DNA from: an uncultured Chitinophaga sp. | GTDB lineage: Bacteria; Bacteroidota; Bacteroidia; Chitinophagales; LD1 | Assembly: GCA_964597415.1 (NCBI GenBank) | Contig: CAZQYO010000001.1 | Location: 1-53,911, forward strand | DNA length: 53,911 bases | Direction of reading: 5' to 3' | Part shown: positions 1-9,255 of the stretch, in pieces | Numbering within the stretch: the stretch's first letter is position 1 | How the letters are laid out: each line of letters begins with the position of its first letter | Program-made: the position numbers and the translations under genes | The notes under the pieces: model-generated | Told to the model about the DNA's origin: nothing | The model's database searches: none | What the model saw: only the letters and a program-made list of their open reading frames with translations

Positions 1-32
1 TAGATTGAAATGAAAACTTTGAGTTACGGTCT

Positions 33-137
33 TTTAGAAAGAGGCGCCACAGCACAAACGCCCGTGGGAGAGTGATGTGCCCCAAGTGGGCGCAGTAAGG
101 CGCCAAGTAATTTTTAATTTTCGGCTTTGGTGTTATC
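33..137 (-). repeat. Dispersed intergenic repeat, copy A (partner at 14649-14768, opposite orientation)
   Basis: The reverse complement of 33-137 aligns by hand with 14649-14768. Both share GATAACACC at the 5' end and CTCTTTCTAAA at the 3' end. A 46-nt core (59-104 vs 14681-14726) is identical at 40 of 46 positions. Confidence 0.75.
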
Positions 138-239
138 TTAGAAATAGAGCGGTTGGCGTAACGATTTTTAGATACAGGGGTCAGGCGATTTCCTTCCCCT
201 AAGGGATTGTCGAAGGCGGCATTGCCGGGAAAGAATTTT

Positions 240-728
240 CTATTCGGCCATCAGATTTTCGGCAGAGACGATAATGCCATCTTCATCGGCATATATATAC
301 TCTCCCGGCACAAAGTCAATTGCGGCAAAATGAACAGAAATGTTTTTCTGCCCCTCGTTTCGCTTATTGCTTTTGAGGGGAATGGTGCCGAGGGCCTTTA
401 CGCCTACTGATAGTTGTGCCATCGCCACAGAGTCGCGTATGCCCCCGTAAATCAATAGGCCGTTCCACTTGTTTGTAACGGCCAGTGCGCCCAACATATC
501 GCCCAATAAAGCACAGCGCAGGGAGCCTCCGCCATCTACCACTAACACCTTTCCCTCCCCATCTTCTTCCAGTGCTTTGCGCACTTGTGAATTATCTTCA
601 TAACATTTGACGGTGGCTATTTTTCCGTAAAAGCTTTTTATGCCGCCATAGTCTTTCCAGCCTAAGGGTTGCGCTACCCGCACTTTAGCCGGATGTGCAT
701 CGCACAAGTCTGCCGTTTTAATTTCCAT
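240..728 (-). CDS. rraA: RraA family protein (RNase E regulator / HMG aldolase fold)
   Basis: 162-aa ORF. The motif VVDGGGSLRCALLGDMLGALAVTNKWNGLLIYGGIRD is typical of the RraA/MenG family. Confidence 0.85.
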   Translation of the reverse strand: MEIKTADLCDAHPAKVRVAQPLGWKDYGGIKSFYGKIATVKCYEDNSQVRKALEEDGEGKVLVVDGGGSLRCALLGDMLGALAVTNKWNGLLIYGGIRDSVAMAQLSVGVKALGTIPLKSNKRNEGQKNISVHFAAIDFVPGEYIYADEDGIIVSAENLMAE

Positions 729-731
729 TTT

Positions 732-1487
732 TTATGCTTCTGATTTTTTTAATCCGGGAAATTTCATTTTAAAGGCCTCCAGCGTTTCTACTACCTTTTT
801 GCCGATAACATATTCTTTGTACCAGTTCTGATCGGCCGGCACTATATGCCACGGAGCCGATGCGCTACAGTGATCAAATGCCTCTTCGTATGCCTTCCTA
901 TAATCGGGCCATAGTTCGCGTTCGCGCATGTCGTTGGCATTGTATTTCCATTTCTTGGTTTCATCACTCAGCCTTTCTTCTAATCTCTTTAATTGTTCTT
1001 CGGGAGATACATGCAGATAAAATTTCAATACCGTGGTTCCGGCTTCGGTCAGCAGTTTTTCAAAATTATTGATGTGAGCAAATCGCTGTTTAATTGTTTT
1101 TTCATCTACCCATCTGTGCACCCGCTGTATCAGCACATCTTCGTAATGAGAGCGATTAAAAATGTGAATCATCCCCTGCTCCGGCACTTGGCGATGCACT
1201 CTCCACAAAAAGTCATGCTTCATTTCCAACTCGGTGGGTTGTTTAAATGCAATGACCCGGCAGCCCATGGGGTTTACGGCATTAAATACATTTTTTATAG
1301 CTCCGTCCTTGCCCGAAGCATCCATCCCCTGCAACACCACCAGCAAAGAGTGTTTGCTTTCCGCATACATCAGATTCTGCAATTCCTCTAATTTCAGTTG
1401 CAGACTCTCCGTCTTCTTTTTCACCTGCCCTTTCTTCAAATCGTTCGGAGCCTTTGTGCTTATATCCTTCAGTTTAATTTTATCCAT
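732..1487 (-). CDS. ppk2: Polyphosphate kinase 2 family (polyphosphate:nucleotide phosphotransferase)
   Basis: 251 aa. It has a Walker-A-like GMDASGKDG and the FNRSHYEDVL block characteristic of PPK2 (PF03976). Confidence 0.85.
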   Translation of the reverse strand: MDKIKLKDISTKAPNDLKKGQVKKKTESLQLKLEELQNLMYAESKHSLLVVLQGMDASGKDGAIKNVFNAVNPMGCRVIAFKQPTELEMKHDFLWRVHRQVPEQGMIHIFNRSHYEDVLIQRVHRWVDEKTIKQRFAHINNFEKLLTEAGTTVLKFYLHVSPEEQLKRLEERLSDETKKWKYNANDMRERELWPDYRKAYEEAFDHCSASAPWHIVPADQNWYKEYVIGKKVVETLEAFKMKFPGLKKSEA

Positions 1488-1627
1488 CGCAAATAATTAG
1501 TGATTGTGAGGCCTCGAATATACCATCTGTTCTGCGAAATATAGGCAGGCCTCACTTAATTCTGTTTTGTAACGATAAATCTTATCTTGCTTAAAGAGGC
1601 ATAATTTGATTCATCAAAAACTAATTT

Positions 1628-2647
1628 ATGAAGGCGATATATATTGTAGAACATGGAGATGCCGATAAGGCTTTTGAGTTGCGCGAAACACCAAAGCCTG
1701 ACCCGAAGCCAGGAGAGTTATTAGTAAAAGTAGAAGGCTTCGGGTTAAACTTTGCAGATGTAATGGCTCGCAAGGGAATGTATAAAGATGCACCTCCGCT
1801 ACCCGCAGTGGTGGGCTATGATGTTTGCGGAACAGTGGAAAAGATAGGTGCCGGTGTGAAAGGTTTTGAAGAGGGCGACCGGGTAACTGCCCTTACCCGT
1901 TTTGGCGGTTATGCCGAATATGCCTTGACGGATGCAAGGGCGGTTGCTAAAATTTCTGAAAAGCCGGGTGTTGCAGAAGCCACTTCGCTCACCACTCAAT
2001 ATTGCACCGCTTACTATTGCGCAGCAGAAATGGTGAATCTGTTTGAAGGCGACCGAGTATTGATTCATTCCGCAGCCGGTGGGGTGGGTTCTGCGCTGAT
2101 GCAATATGCCCGATATAAAGGCTGTGAAATATTTGCAACTACCGGTAGCGAATCAAAAGTTGAACTGCTCAAAACAGCCGGTGCGCACCATGTAATCAAC
2201 ACCGCAAAAGATGATTTTGAAGAATTTATAGAGGAAACCACTAAGGAGGTGGGCGTGGATGTAATTTTTGATGCCGTAGGGGCAGGTTTTATCCGAAAGG
2301 GGATACGTGCATTGGCCGCAGGTGGAAGAATTGTGTGCTATGGCGCTGCCGATATGAGCGACTCTAAAAACATTTTTTATCAACTAAGCAAGGCGATCCA
2401 ATTCGGTATTTACCATCCGGCTGTTTTTATGTTGAACTCAAAAAGCCTGATTGGAGTGAATATGCTGCGAATTGCCGATAACAAACCCTTAACACTGAAA
2501 AGATGTTTAGAGAATGTGGTGCGGCTTTACGAGGCGGGTATCTTTCAGCCCTCCTCCGGAAAAGTGTTTAAGGCAGATGAAATAGCGGAGGCTCATAAAT
2601 ATTTAGAAAGCCGTAAAAGCACGGGCAAAGTGGCTTGCCGGTGGTAG
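1628..2647 (+). CDS. Medium-chain (zinc-type) dehydrogenase/quinone oxidoreductase family protein
   Basis: 339 aa. It has a GroES-like N-terminus, the Rossmann motif AAGGVGSA, and the C-terminal STGKV typical of the QOR/VAT-1-like MDR family. Confidence 0.85.
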   Translation: MKAIYIVEHGDADKAFELRETPKPDPKPGELLVKVEGFGLNFADVMARKGMYKDAPPLPAVVGYDVCGTVEKIGAGVKGFEEGDRVTALTRFGGYAEYALTDARAVAKISEKPGVAEATSLTTQYCTAYYCAAEMVNLFEGDRVLIHSAAGGVGSALMQYARYKGCEIFATTGSESKVELLKTAGAHHVINTAKDDFEEFIEETTKEVGVDVIFDAVGAGFIRKGIRALAAGGRIVCYGAADMSDSKNIFYQLSKAIQFGIYHPAVFMLNSKSLIGVNMLRIADNKPLTLKRCLENVVRLYEAGIFQPSSGKVFKADEIAEAHKYLESRKSTGKVACRW

Positions 2648-2690
2648 AAGTATAATCTTCGTTTACTTTAGCGTTAATAATAAAACTCGT

Positions 2691-3047
2691 ATGAAAACGA
2701 CCACGATGCTTCCTTTCATTTTGTCTCTCGCTTTTGTGATGGCTTCTTTCCAATTTTCTTTTTCGCAGCAAGGAGGTTATACTACCATGAGAGTGTTTGA
2801 CTGCAACAAAGGGGTGGGTATGGGTTCCGGTTATCTTCAAGCAAAAATTATTATTGTGTACGAAGATGGTCGCAGCGAGGAAATAGGACTACAGCCCTAT
2901 AGCGAAAAAACAGAAACCGATAATCTGAAAAAGATTAATGAAGTCATCAACCAACTAAAATCGAAAGGTTACTTCCTCATATCACAGTCCACCACGGGAG
3001 AGCAAGGCGCCTTAGTTACCGACTATTCTTTCCTGAAACAACTGTAG
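2691..3047 (+). CDS. Hypothetical small secreted protein
   Basis: 118-aa ORF with an N-terminal signal-like segment (MKTTTMLPFILSLAFVMASFQFSFSQQ). I recognise no family. Confidence 0.5.
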   Translation: MKTTTMLPFILSLAFVMASFQFSFSQQGGYTTMRVFDCNKGVGMGSGYLQAKIIIVYEDGRSEEIGLQPYSEKTETDNLKKINEVINQLKSKGYFLISQSTTGEQGALVTDYSFLKQL

Positions 3048-3262
3048 AGGTACAAGAGGCTGAAAGATGTAGGCCGCTATCCCTCATTTCAACAAAACAA
3101 AGGCTGAACCACACAAAAAATGTATAGCGATACCAACTTCCGCTCGAACATTATTGCCTTACAAACAGCAGTAGAAATAAAAAGAAAAGTCTTCGCTGCT
3201 TAACCGATGGGCAACTATCGCAACCTCTTATTGCCGGTTATTGTTTATTCGTTATCGTCTAT

Positions 3263-3820
3263 TCATTTGCCAAGCATCTGTAACTCTGCGTTGACTTCGT
3301 CCTTGTCAAAATATTCAGCATCATATGGCCCAAGCCACTCCAACATTTCTTTTCGGCTTGGATCTTTTTTGTTGTTGATGATGTCAAGCAGACCGTAAAA
3401 GCCGCCAATACCACCACAATCTTCAGGCGGGCAATTTAATTGTCCATCTATACAAATTGGATATTTTGTGTTTGGGTCACGAGGTAAAAATTTTTCTACG
3501 AGTATTTGATGCGTCCATCCGTCCCCAAAATCATAGGAGTATCTGAATTTTTCTTTTGTGGAAACAATAATGCTGTCAAGCGTAACCGATGAAGCATCAA
3601 TCACTTCTTCCCCGAAGCAATCATCAAATTCTTCGTCTGAATCAGCAATTCTGTCCCCGTTAATTTCAAATTCGTGGAGGTGACAATTTGCCCACCCCAT
3701 GGCAATTTGAATAATGTGGTGGAGAGTAGAAAATGTTGTCGCTTTATCTACCAGCACCCGCCTCCAAATGGGCGGCTTTGTACCTAGTAAAGTAATTTTT
3801 AGCTGAATGATATCGTTCAT
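3263..3820 (-). CDS. Plasmid pRiA4b ORF-3-like (MM3350-like) domain protein
   Basis: The N-terminal LKITLLGTKPPIWRRVLV...HHIIQIAMGWANCHLHEF and the later DFGDGW motif match my memory of PF07929. I prefer the ATG at 3820 (MNDIIQLKI) over the ORF-track start at 3880. Confidence 0.65.
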   Translation of the reverse strand: MNDIIQLKITLLGTKPPIWRRVLVDKATTFSTLHHIIQIAMGWANCHLHEFEINGDRIADSDEEFDDCFGEEVIDASSVTLDSIIVSTKEKFRYSYDFGDGWTHQILVEKFLPRDPNTKYPICIDGQLNCPPEDCGGIGGFYGLLDIINNKKDPSRKEMLEWLGPYDAEYFDKDEVNAELQMLGK

Positions 3821-4069
3821 GGTTGTCAATATTTTTAAGTTGTTGTAATTAAATGTAGCATTAAAATTAAAAATCGCCATTGTTAGCCCGGATGTTTAAG
3901 GTTAACGGCATCGCCACAAAATAATCAGATGAAATTAATTTTTCTTTAATCTGCTTTTTCTCAGTAGAAAACAATTTACACCTATCTTTTATGTCGCAAT
4001 TAACGGGCGTAATTCTTTGATTTTTTTCAGAGAATTTTATTTTATGCCTATTCAAATAATAAATACTCT

Positions 4070-4519
4070 ATGGTACAAATCACCGTTTGGGACGGTTACA
4101 ACCGCCCTTCCATTACACAGAAACAAGAAATCTGTGACTTTCTTTTTGAAAATCTCGATCAGTATGGCGACCCGCCACAGCACATTATGAGTGCCATTGA
4201 ATATGCCGTAAAAGAGAAGGCTTCCTTTGGTGGGTTTGTACTCGCAGCCGTGGAAGACAACCGGCTGTTAGGAGCCGTAGTAATAAACGCTACCGGCATG
4301 GGTGGTTACATCCCCGAAAACATACTTGTGTACATCGCTACCCACAAGCAAGCGCGAGGAAAAGGCATTGGAAAACAACTTATGCAAAAAGCGATCATAC
4401 ATTCTACTGGCGACATTGCCCTGCATGTGGAGGCCAACAATCCCGCTAAAAAGCTTTACGAAAAATTGGGATTTAAAAATCCTTATCTCGAAATGCGGCT
4501 GAAAAAATTATCGGCATGA
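4070..4519 (+). CDS. GNAT family N-acetyltransferase
   Basis: 149 aa. It has the acetyl-CoA binding motif QARGKGIGKQLM and a C-terminal LYEKLGF. Confidence 0.75.
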   Translation: MVQITVWDGYNRPSITQKQEICDFLFENLDQYGDPPQHIMSAIEYAVKEKASFGGFVLAAVEDNRLLGAVVINATGMGGYIPENILVYIATHKQARGKGIGKQLMQKAIIHSTGDIALHVEANNPAKKLYEKLGFKNPYLEMRLKKLSA

Positions 4520-5949
4520 GTGGAATAGACATTGCCATTTTCGCAGTGTACATCATTGGTATGTTAGCCATCGGCCTTTATTTTTACAAGCGCAACGAAA
4601 CTGAAGAAGATTACTACGTGGGCGGGCGTAATATGTCGGCCGGGCACATCGGACTGTCAGTGGTTGCTACCGATGTAGGGGGTGGTTTTTCCATTGGCTT
4701 GGGTGGGCTGGGCTTTACCATGGGCATTTCAGGTAACTGGATGCTCTTTACGGGCTTGCTGGGGGCTTGGCTTAGTTCAGTGCTGCTCATTCCACGGATC
4801 TATGGCATTGCCCGCGAAAAAAAGCTTCTCAGTTTCCCACAGGCTCTTCAGCATCATTACAGTCATAACGTAGCATTGGTGGCGGGCATCATTTCGCTGA
4901 TCGGCTATATCGGCTTTACAAGTTCACAGGTGTTAGCCGGTGCCAAGTTGGCTTCGGCTACTTTTCCGATACTAAGCTTGTCGGAAGCTGTACTGTTGAT
5001 GGGTGTGGTGGTAGTTATTTATACCGTTGCAGGAGGGATGAAGGCGGTGGTCTATACTGATTCTGTGCAATGGGTTATCCTGATGAGTGGGCTTATTTTT
5101 ATAGGTATCCCTGTGGGCTTTTCCAAGATTGGCGGCCTACAAGGCTTGCGCTCAGTGGTAGAGCCGGAGCTACTCACGCTGACCAATGTATCGATCGTTC
5201 AGCTTTTCAACTGGTTTATCACCATCGTGCCTATCTGGTTTGTAGGTATGACCTTGTACCAGCGCATTTATGCCTGCCGCGATGAAAAAACTGCTCTACG
5301 CGCTTGGCGCATTGCCGGTCTTTTTGAATGGCCGGTCATGGCTTTTATGGGCGTACTGCTTGGTCTTTTTGCCCGGGTCGGTTTTGAGCAAGGTATGTTT
5401 ACTGCCATTGGCTACGCACCGGGCAGCACTATGGATGCAGAATTGGGGCTGCCTCTCTTTCTTAGGCACATTCTACCGGCAGGCTTGATGGGCATCATGC
5501 TGGCCGCTTACTTCTCGGCTATCATGTCCACAGCCGACAGTTGTTTGATGGCGGCTTCGGGCAACATGCTCACAGATATTATTGGGCGGTTCAATCGCAA
5601 ACTTGCCAACAGCATCAGCCTGTCACAGGTGGTTACTTTCCTAATTGGTGCCTTCGCTATTCTATTAGCCCTCCGTATGCAGAATGTGCTGGAGCTGATG
5701 TTGTATTCCTACGCATTTATGGTATCGGGGTTGCTGGTGCCTGTATTGGGCATGCTATTTCTTAAAAATCCCTCTTCCAAAGCTGCTATGACAACAATGA
5801 TAATAGGAGGCGGCACTACGCTCGCACTCATCCTCCTGAAAATATCTCTGCCTTTGGGCTTAGATGCGAATTTTTTTGGCATGACACTATCTCTTGTCAG
5901 TTACGTTTTAGTGCAATCCTTTTCTTCTTCTTCAACAAAACATGTATAA
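4516..5949 (+). CDS. Sodium:solute symporter (SSS) family transporter
   Basis: 477 aa and polytopic. The N-terminal Y.VGGR.M motif and overall SSS-like hydrophobic pattern fit the family. Its start overlaps the GNAT stop (ATGA). Confidence 0.85.
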   Translation: MSGIDIAIFAVYIIGMLAIGLYFYKRNETEEDYYVGGRNMSAGHIGLSVVATDVGGGFSIGLGGLGFTMGISGNWMLFTGLLGAWLSSVLLIPRIYGIAREKKLLSFPQALQHHYSHNVALVAGIISLIGYIGFTSSQVLAGAKLASATFPILSLSEAVLLMGVVVVIYTVAGGMKAVVYTDSVQWVILMSGLIFIGIPVGFSKIGGLQGLRSVVEPELLTLTNVSIVQLFNWFITIVPIWFVGMTLYQRIYACRDEKTALRAWRIAGLFEWPVMAFMGVLLGLFARVGFEQGMFTAIGYAPGSTMDAELGLPLFLRHILPAGLMGIMLAAYFSAIMSTADSCLMAASGNMLTDIIGRFNRKLANSISLSQVVTFLIGAFAILLALRMQNVLELMLYSYAFMVSGLLVPVLGMLFLKNPSSKAAMTTMIIGGGTTLALILLKISLPLGLDANFFGMTLSLVSYVLVQSFSSSSTKHV

Positions 5950-7061
5950 TGGCCTTCGTCACTTTAGACACTCATAAATTAGCTAAGAATTTTCACTACC
6001 TCGATAAACTTTTCAAGGCAAATAACATTACCTGGGGCATTGTGTCGAAGGTGTTATGCGGCAATGAAAAATACTTGCGCGAAGTCATTCGTCTCGGAAT
6101 AAAACAACTCTGCGATTCGCGCATCAGTAACCTTAAAATGATAAAATCTATTTCGCCCGAAATAGAAACCGTTTACATAAAACCTCCACCCAAGCGCAGC
6201 ATCCAAGAAATAGTGAAATATGCCGATGTGAGTTTTAATACGGAGATCGAGACTATTGAACACTTATCGCGGGCAGCGCAAAAGCAAAACAAAATCCACA
6301 AAGTGGTTATAATGATAGAAATGGGCGAACTGCGCGAAGGGGTATTGGGTGATGAACTACTCGCTTTTTACAGGTCTGTTTTCAAATTGCCCCATATCAA
6401 AGTGGCGGGAATAGGCACTAACCTCACCTGCATGTACGGAGTGTTGCCCAGCCACGATAAACTGATACAATTGTGCTTGTATAAACAATTAATAGAAGCA
6501 AAATTTGACCGGGAAATCCCCTACGTAACCGGTGGTTCATCGGTCACTATTCCGCTTATATTTAATCATCTTTTGCCTAAGGGTATCAATCATTTTCGAG
6601 TAGGCGAAACACTATTCCTCGGCACCGATGTGTACAACAATACCACTTACAAACTGATGGAGAATAACGCCTTTCAACTTTACGCTGAAATTATTGAGCT
6701 GACCGAAAAGGGTGCGGTCCCTATAGGCGAGTTAGGGAAAAACCTGAAGGGAGAAAGTGTGAGTTTTACCGGACAAAAACGAAATGAAACCTCTTTCCGC
6801 GCATTGATTGACTTAGGGCTGTTAGATATTGAAGAAAACCATCTGAAACTGACAGATAGTGATTTAAAAATTGCCGGTGCATCTTCCGATATGCTAGTGG
6901 TTGACTTGGGTGAAAACAAAAAGAATTACAAAGTAGGTGACCTGTTGGAACTTGAAATGGATTACATGGGGTTGCTGCGGGTGATGAATTCCCGATATAT
7001 CGAAAAGCGAATTAAGGGTGAAGTGTTCTTAAAAAATGAGACAGCCGGCACGATGTCATAG
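5949..7061 (+). CDS. Alanine/ornithine racemase family PLP-dependent enzyme (YhfX-like)
   Basis: 370 aa. The candidate PLP-lysine context is GIVSKVLCGN. It has a TIM-barrel-like N-domain and a C-terminal beta domain. Its start overlaps the symporter stop (TAATG). Confidence 0.7.
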   Translation: MAFVTLDTHKLAKNFHYLDKLFKANNITWGIVSKVLCGNEKYLREVIRLGIKQLCDSRISNLKMIKSISPEIETVYIKPPPKRSIQEIVKYADVSFNTEIETIEHLSRAAQKQNKIHKVVIMIEMGELREGVLGDELLAFYRSVFKLPHIKVAGIGTNLTCMYGVLPSHDKLIQLCLYKQLIEAKFDREIPYVTGGSSVTIPLIFNHLLPKGINHFRVGETLFLGTDVYNNTTYKLMENNAFQLYAEIIELTEKGAVPIGELGKNLKGESVSFTGQKRNETSFRALIDLGLLDIEENHLKLTDSDLKIAGASSDMLVVDLGENKKNYKVGDLLELEMDYMGLLRVMNSRYIEKRIKGEVFLKNETAGTMS

Positions 7062-7127
7062 TTCATGAATTTCTGAATAATTGGAGTTTATATAGCGCCC
7101 AGAAAGAGCCTTATTTTATCAATATCT

Positions 7128-8378
7128 CTATTCCAAATCTTTCAGATCCCTCATTTTGGGTACAAACAGATAAGTGAAGACCACAACTATCAAGGTCATG
7201 CTCCCGCCAAAAATTACGGATGGGACAGTTCCCATCAGTTTGGCAGTGAGTCCGCTTTCAAACGCTCCGATTTCATTTGAAGAAGAAATAAAAATCTGAT
7301 TCACTGAACTCACTCTTCCGCGCATCGGGTCGGGAGTCATAGTTTGCAATATCGTTTGCCGAATAACCACACTCACATTGTCAAATACTCCGGTCAGAAA
7401 TAACATCAGGAATGAAAGTTCAAAGTTTTTAGAAACGGCAAAGCCGATAGTAGCCGCACCAAAACCGGTGACCGCTATCAACAAGTTGCGCCCGGCTTTC
7501 ACAGTAGGTGGATGGTAGGCTAAGAAAAAGCCCATGATGACAGAACCTAAAAAAGGTGCTGCTCGAAGAATACCTAATCCCTGTGGCCCTACATGCAATA
7601 TATCGCTGGCAAATACCGGCAGCAGCGCAACAGCCCCGCCAAATAGTACCGCAAACAAGTCGAGCGAAATAGCGGATAGCATCACCTGAGTTCTAAAAAC
7701 AAATCGCAAGCCGGTTGTCAACGATTCAAAGAGTGTTTCTTTTTTCTCCTTAGGAATGGTTGCCTTAATGGGTACTTTCAAAAAGAGGAAAAAAGCAATG
7801 AGCATAAGCACTACAGCCAAGCTGAACGAAGTTTGCACATTTGTGAAACCATACACCAATCCACCAAAAGCCGGCCCTACTACCGCTGCGGTTTGCCAGG
7901 TATTACTTCCCCATGTTGCTCCGTTAGCATAAAGTTCTCGCGGTAATAGTTGGGGGAAAATACTTTGGTAAGCAGGTGCCATAAAACCTCGCGCAACTCC
8001 ACTCACTCCTATCACCAGGTAAATCGGTAATACTCCGTAAGTTTGAAGCAAGGGATTGTTTCCACTCATCAGGTAACCGATAACCCCAAAGCAACAGGTA
8101 ATTGCCAGTATTGTAATCCGGGCAATTTTGTACCGGTTAAAAGTGTCGGCTGCATGGCCGCCAAGTAGCGAGGTGAGAATAAATGGCAGTGCTTCACTTA
8201 GTCCAATTAACCCGAGGGCTAACTTATCATGCGTAAGTTCATAAACTTTCCAAGCCAGAATGGTTTCTGCCATCTGCACGGCAAATGTGAGAGTGAATCG
8301 GGAGAGTTGAAAATTGCGGAAGGCCTGAATTTTCAGCGCTGCGTAGGGGTCTTTTCGGACCGGTTTGTATTCTTCCAT
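7128..8378 (-). CDS. MFS transporter
   Basis: 416 aa with about 12 hydrophobic segments and the MFS-like loop GGHAADTFNRYK after TM2. Confidence 0.8.
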   Translation of the reverse strand: MEEYKPVRKDPYAALKIQAFRNFQLSRFTLTFAVQMAETILAWKVYELTHDKLALGLIGLSEALPFILTSLLGGHAADTFNRYKIARITILAITCCFGVIGYLMSGNNPLLQTYGVLPIYLVIGVSGVARGFMAPAYQSIFPQLLPRELYANGATWGSNTWQTAAVVGPAFGGLVYGFTNVQTSFSLAVVLMLIAFFLFLKVPIKATIPKEKKETLFESLTTGLRFVFRTQVMLSAISLDLFAVLFGGAVALLPVFASDILHVGPQGLGILRAAPFLGSVIMGFFLAYHPPTVKAGRNLLIAVTGFGAATIGFAVSKNFELSFLMLFLTGVFDNVSVVIRQTILQTMTPDPMRGRVSSVNQIFISSSNEIGAFESGLTAKLMGTVPSVIFGGSMTLIVVVFTYLFVPKMRDLKDLE

Positions 8379-8388
8379 TTACTCTTCT

Positions 8389-9198
8389 TCAAATCATTGT
8401 TTCGCGTTGTCGCAAGGCCTCAAACAAAAGTATGCCGGCACTCACGCTCACATTCAGCGAATCAATTCTACCGCGCATCGGTATTTTAATTTTTTTATCG
8501 GCTGCTATCATCCACTCTTCGCTGAGGCCGGTTGCTTCGGTGCCCACGATTATCGCTGTTGAGTTCCTGAAATTTTGTTCATAATGAAACTTCTCAGCAA
8601 GCGGTTCTGCCGCAAAAATGATAATGTTCTTTTGTTTAAGAAACGGAATGGCTTCTTTTGTTTCGCAAACCGCTACACTGTTGGTAAACACGGTTCCCAC
8701 GCTGGAGCGAATCACATTCGGATTATAAATATCGGTTCTTGCATCGCAAATAATCACCGCATCTACTCCGGCTGCATCGCAGGTGCGCAACATGGCCCCC
8801 AAGTTGCCGGGCTTTTCCACAGATTCTATCACTAACACCAAACAGTTTTCGCGAAGAGAGAGGTTAGATAAAGAAATATCCTTGAAGGCAACTACTGCGA
8901 TTACGCCTTCGGTACTTTCTCGATAAGTTAGGGATTGGTACACTTCGCGATTAGTATAGTAAATCGCTGGTGAAGGTTGCTGCGTCAGCAATTCATTGGG
9001 GGAATAGTTTTTGTCCGGTTTCATCAGCTCCTCACAAATAAAAACTTGATGAACGGCATACCCTGCTCGGTTAGCCAACACCGCTTCTCGCAAGCCCTCC
9101 ACTACAAATAATTGCTGCGCTTTTCGTTCTGAAGCCTTTTCAAGCTTCTTTAGATTTTTGATTTTAGGGTTTTGAATGCTGGTGATTATCTCCTTCAT
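8389..9198 (-). CDS. TrmH/SpoU family RNA 2'-O-methyltransferase
   Basis: 269 aa with SpoU motifs VEKPGNLGAMLRTCDAAGVD, IIVGTEATGLS and IPMRGRIDSLNVS. Confidence 0.85.
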   Translation of the reverse strand: MKEIITSIQNPKIKNLKKLEKASERKAQQLFVVEGLREAVLANRAGYAVHQVFICEELMKPDKNYSPNELLTQQPSPAIYYTNREVYQSLTYRESTEGVIAVVAFKDISLSNLSLRENCLVLVIESVEKPGNLGAMLRTCDAAGVDAVIICDARTDIYNPNVIRSSVGTVFTNSVAVCETKEAIPFLKQKNIIIFAAEPLAEKFHYEQNFRNSTAIIVGTEATGLSEEWMIAADKKIKIPMRGRIDSLNVSVSAGILLFEALRQRETMI

Positions 9199-9255
9199 GT
9201 GTGTACTTGCAAATCTATCAGTTATTCTTATTTCCTATTTTGCAAATGAGTTACT

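Noticed and set aside
207-410. 67-aa plus-strand ORF overlapping rraA, and many similar 60-170-aa ORFs antisense to or out of frame with confident genes (for example 860-1391, 1799-2383, 21889-22409, 40786-41076, 42207-42572, 44635-45150, 49522-49848).
   Set aside because: They lie entirely inside longer ORFs that carry clear family motifs. Their translations are low-complexity or Cys/Arg/Ser-rich in the way shadow frames usually are, and I recognise no motifs in them.
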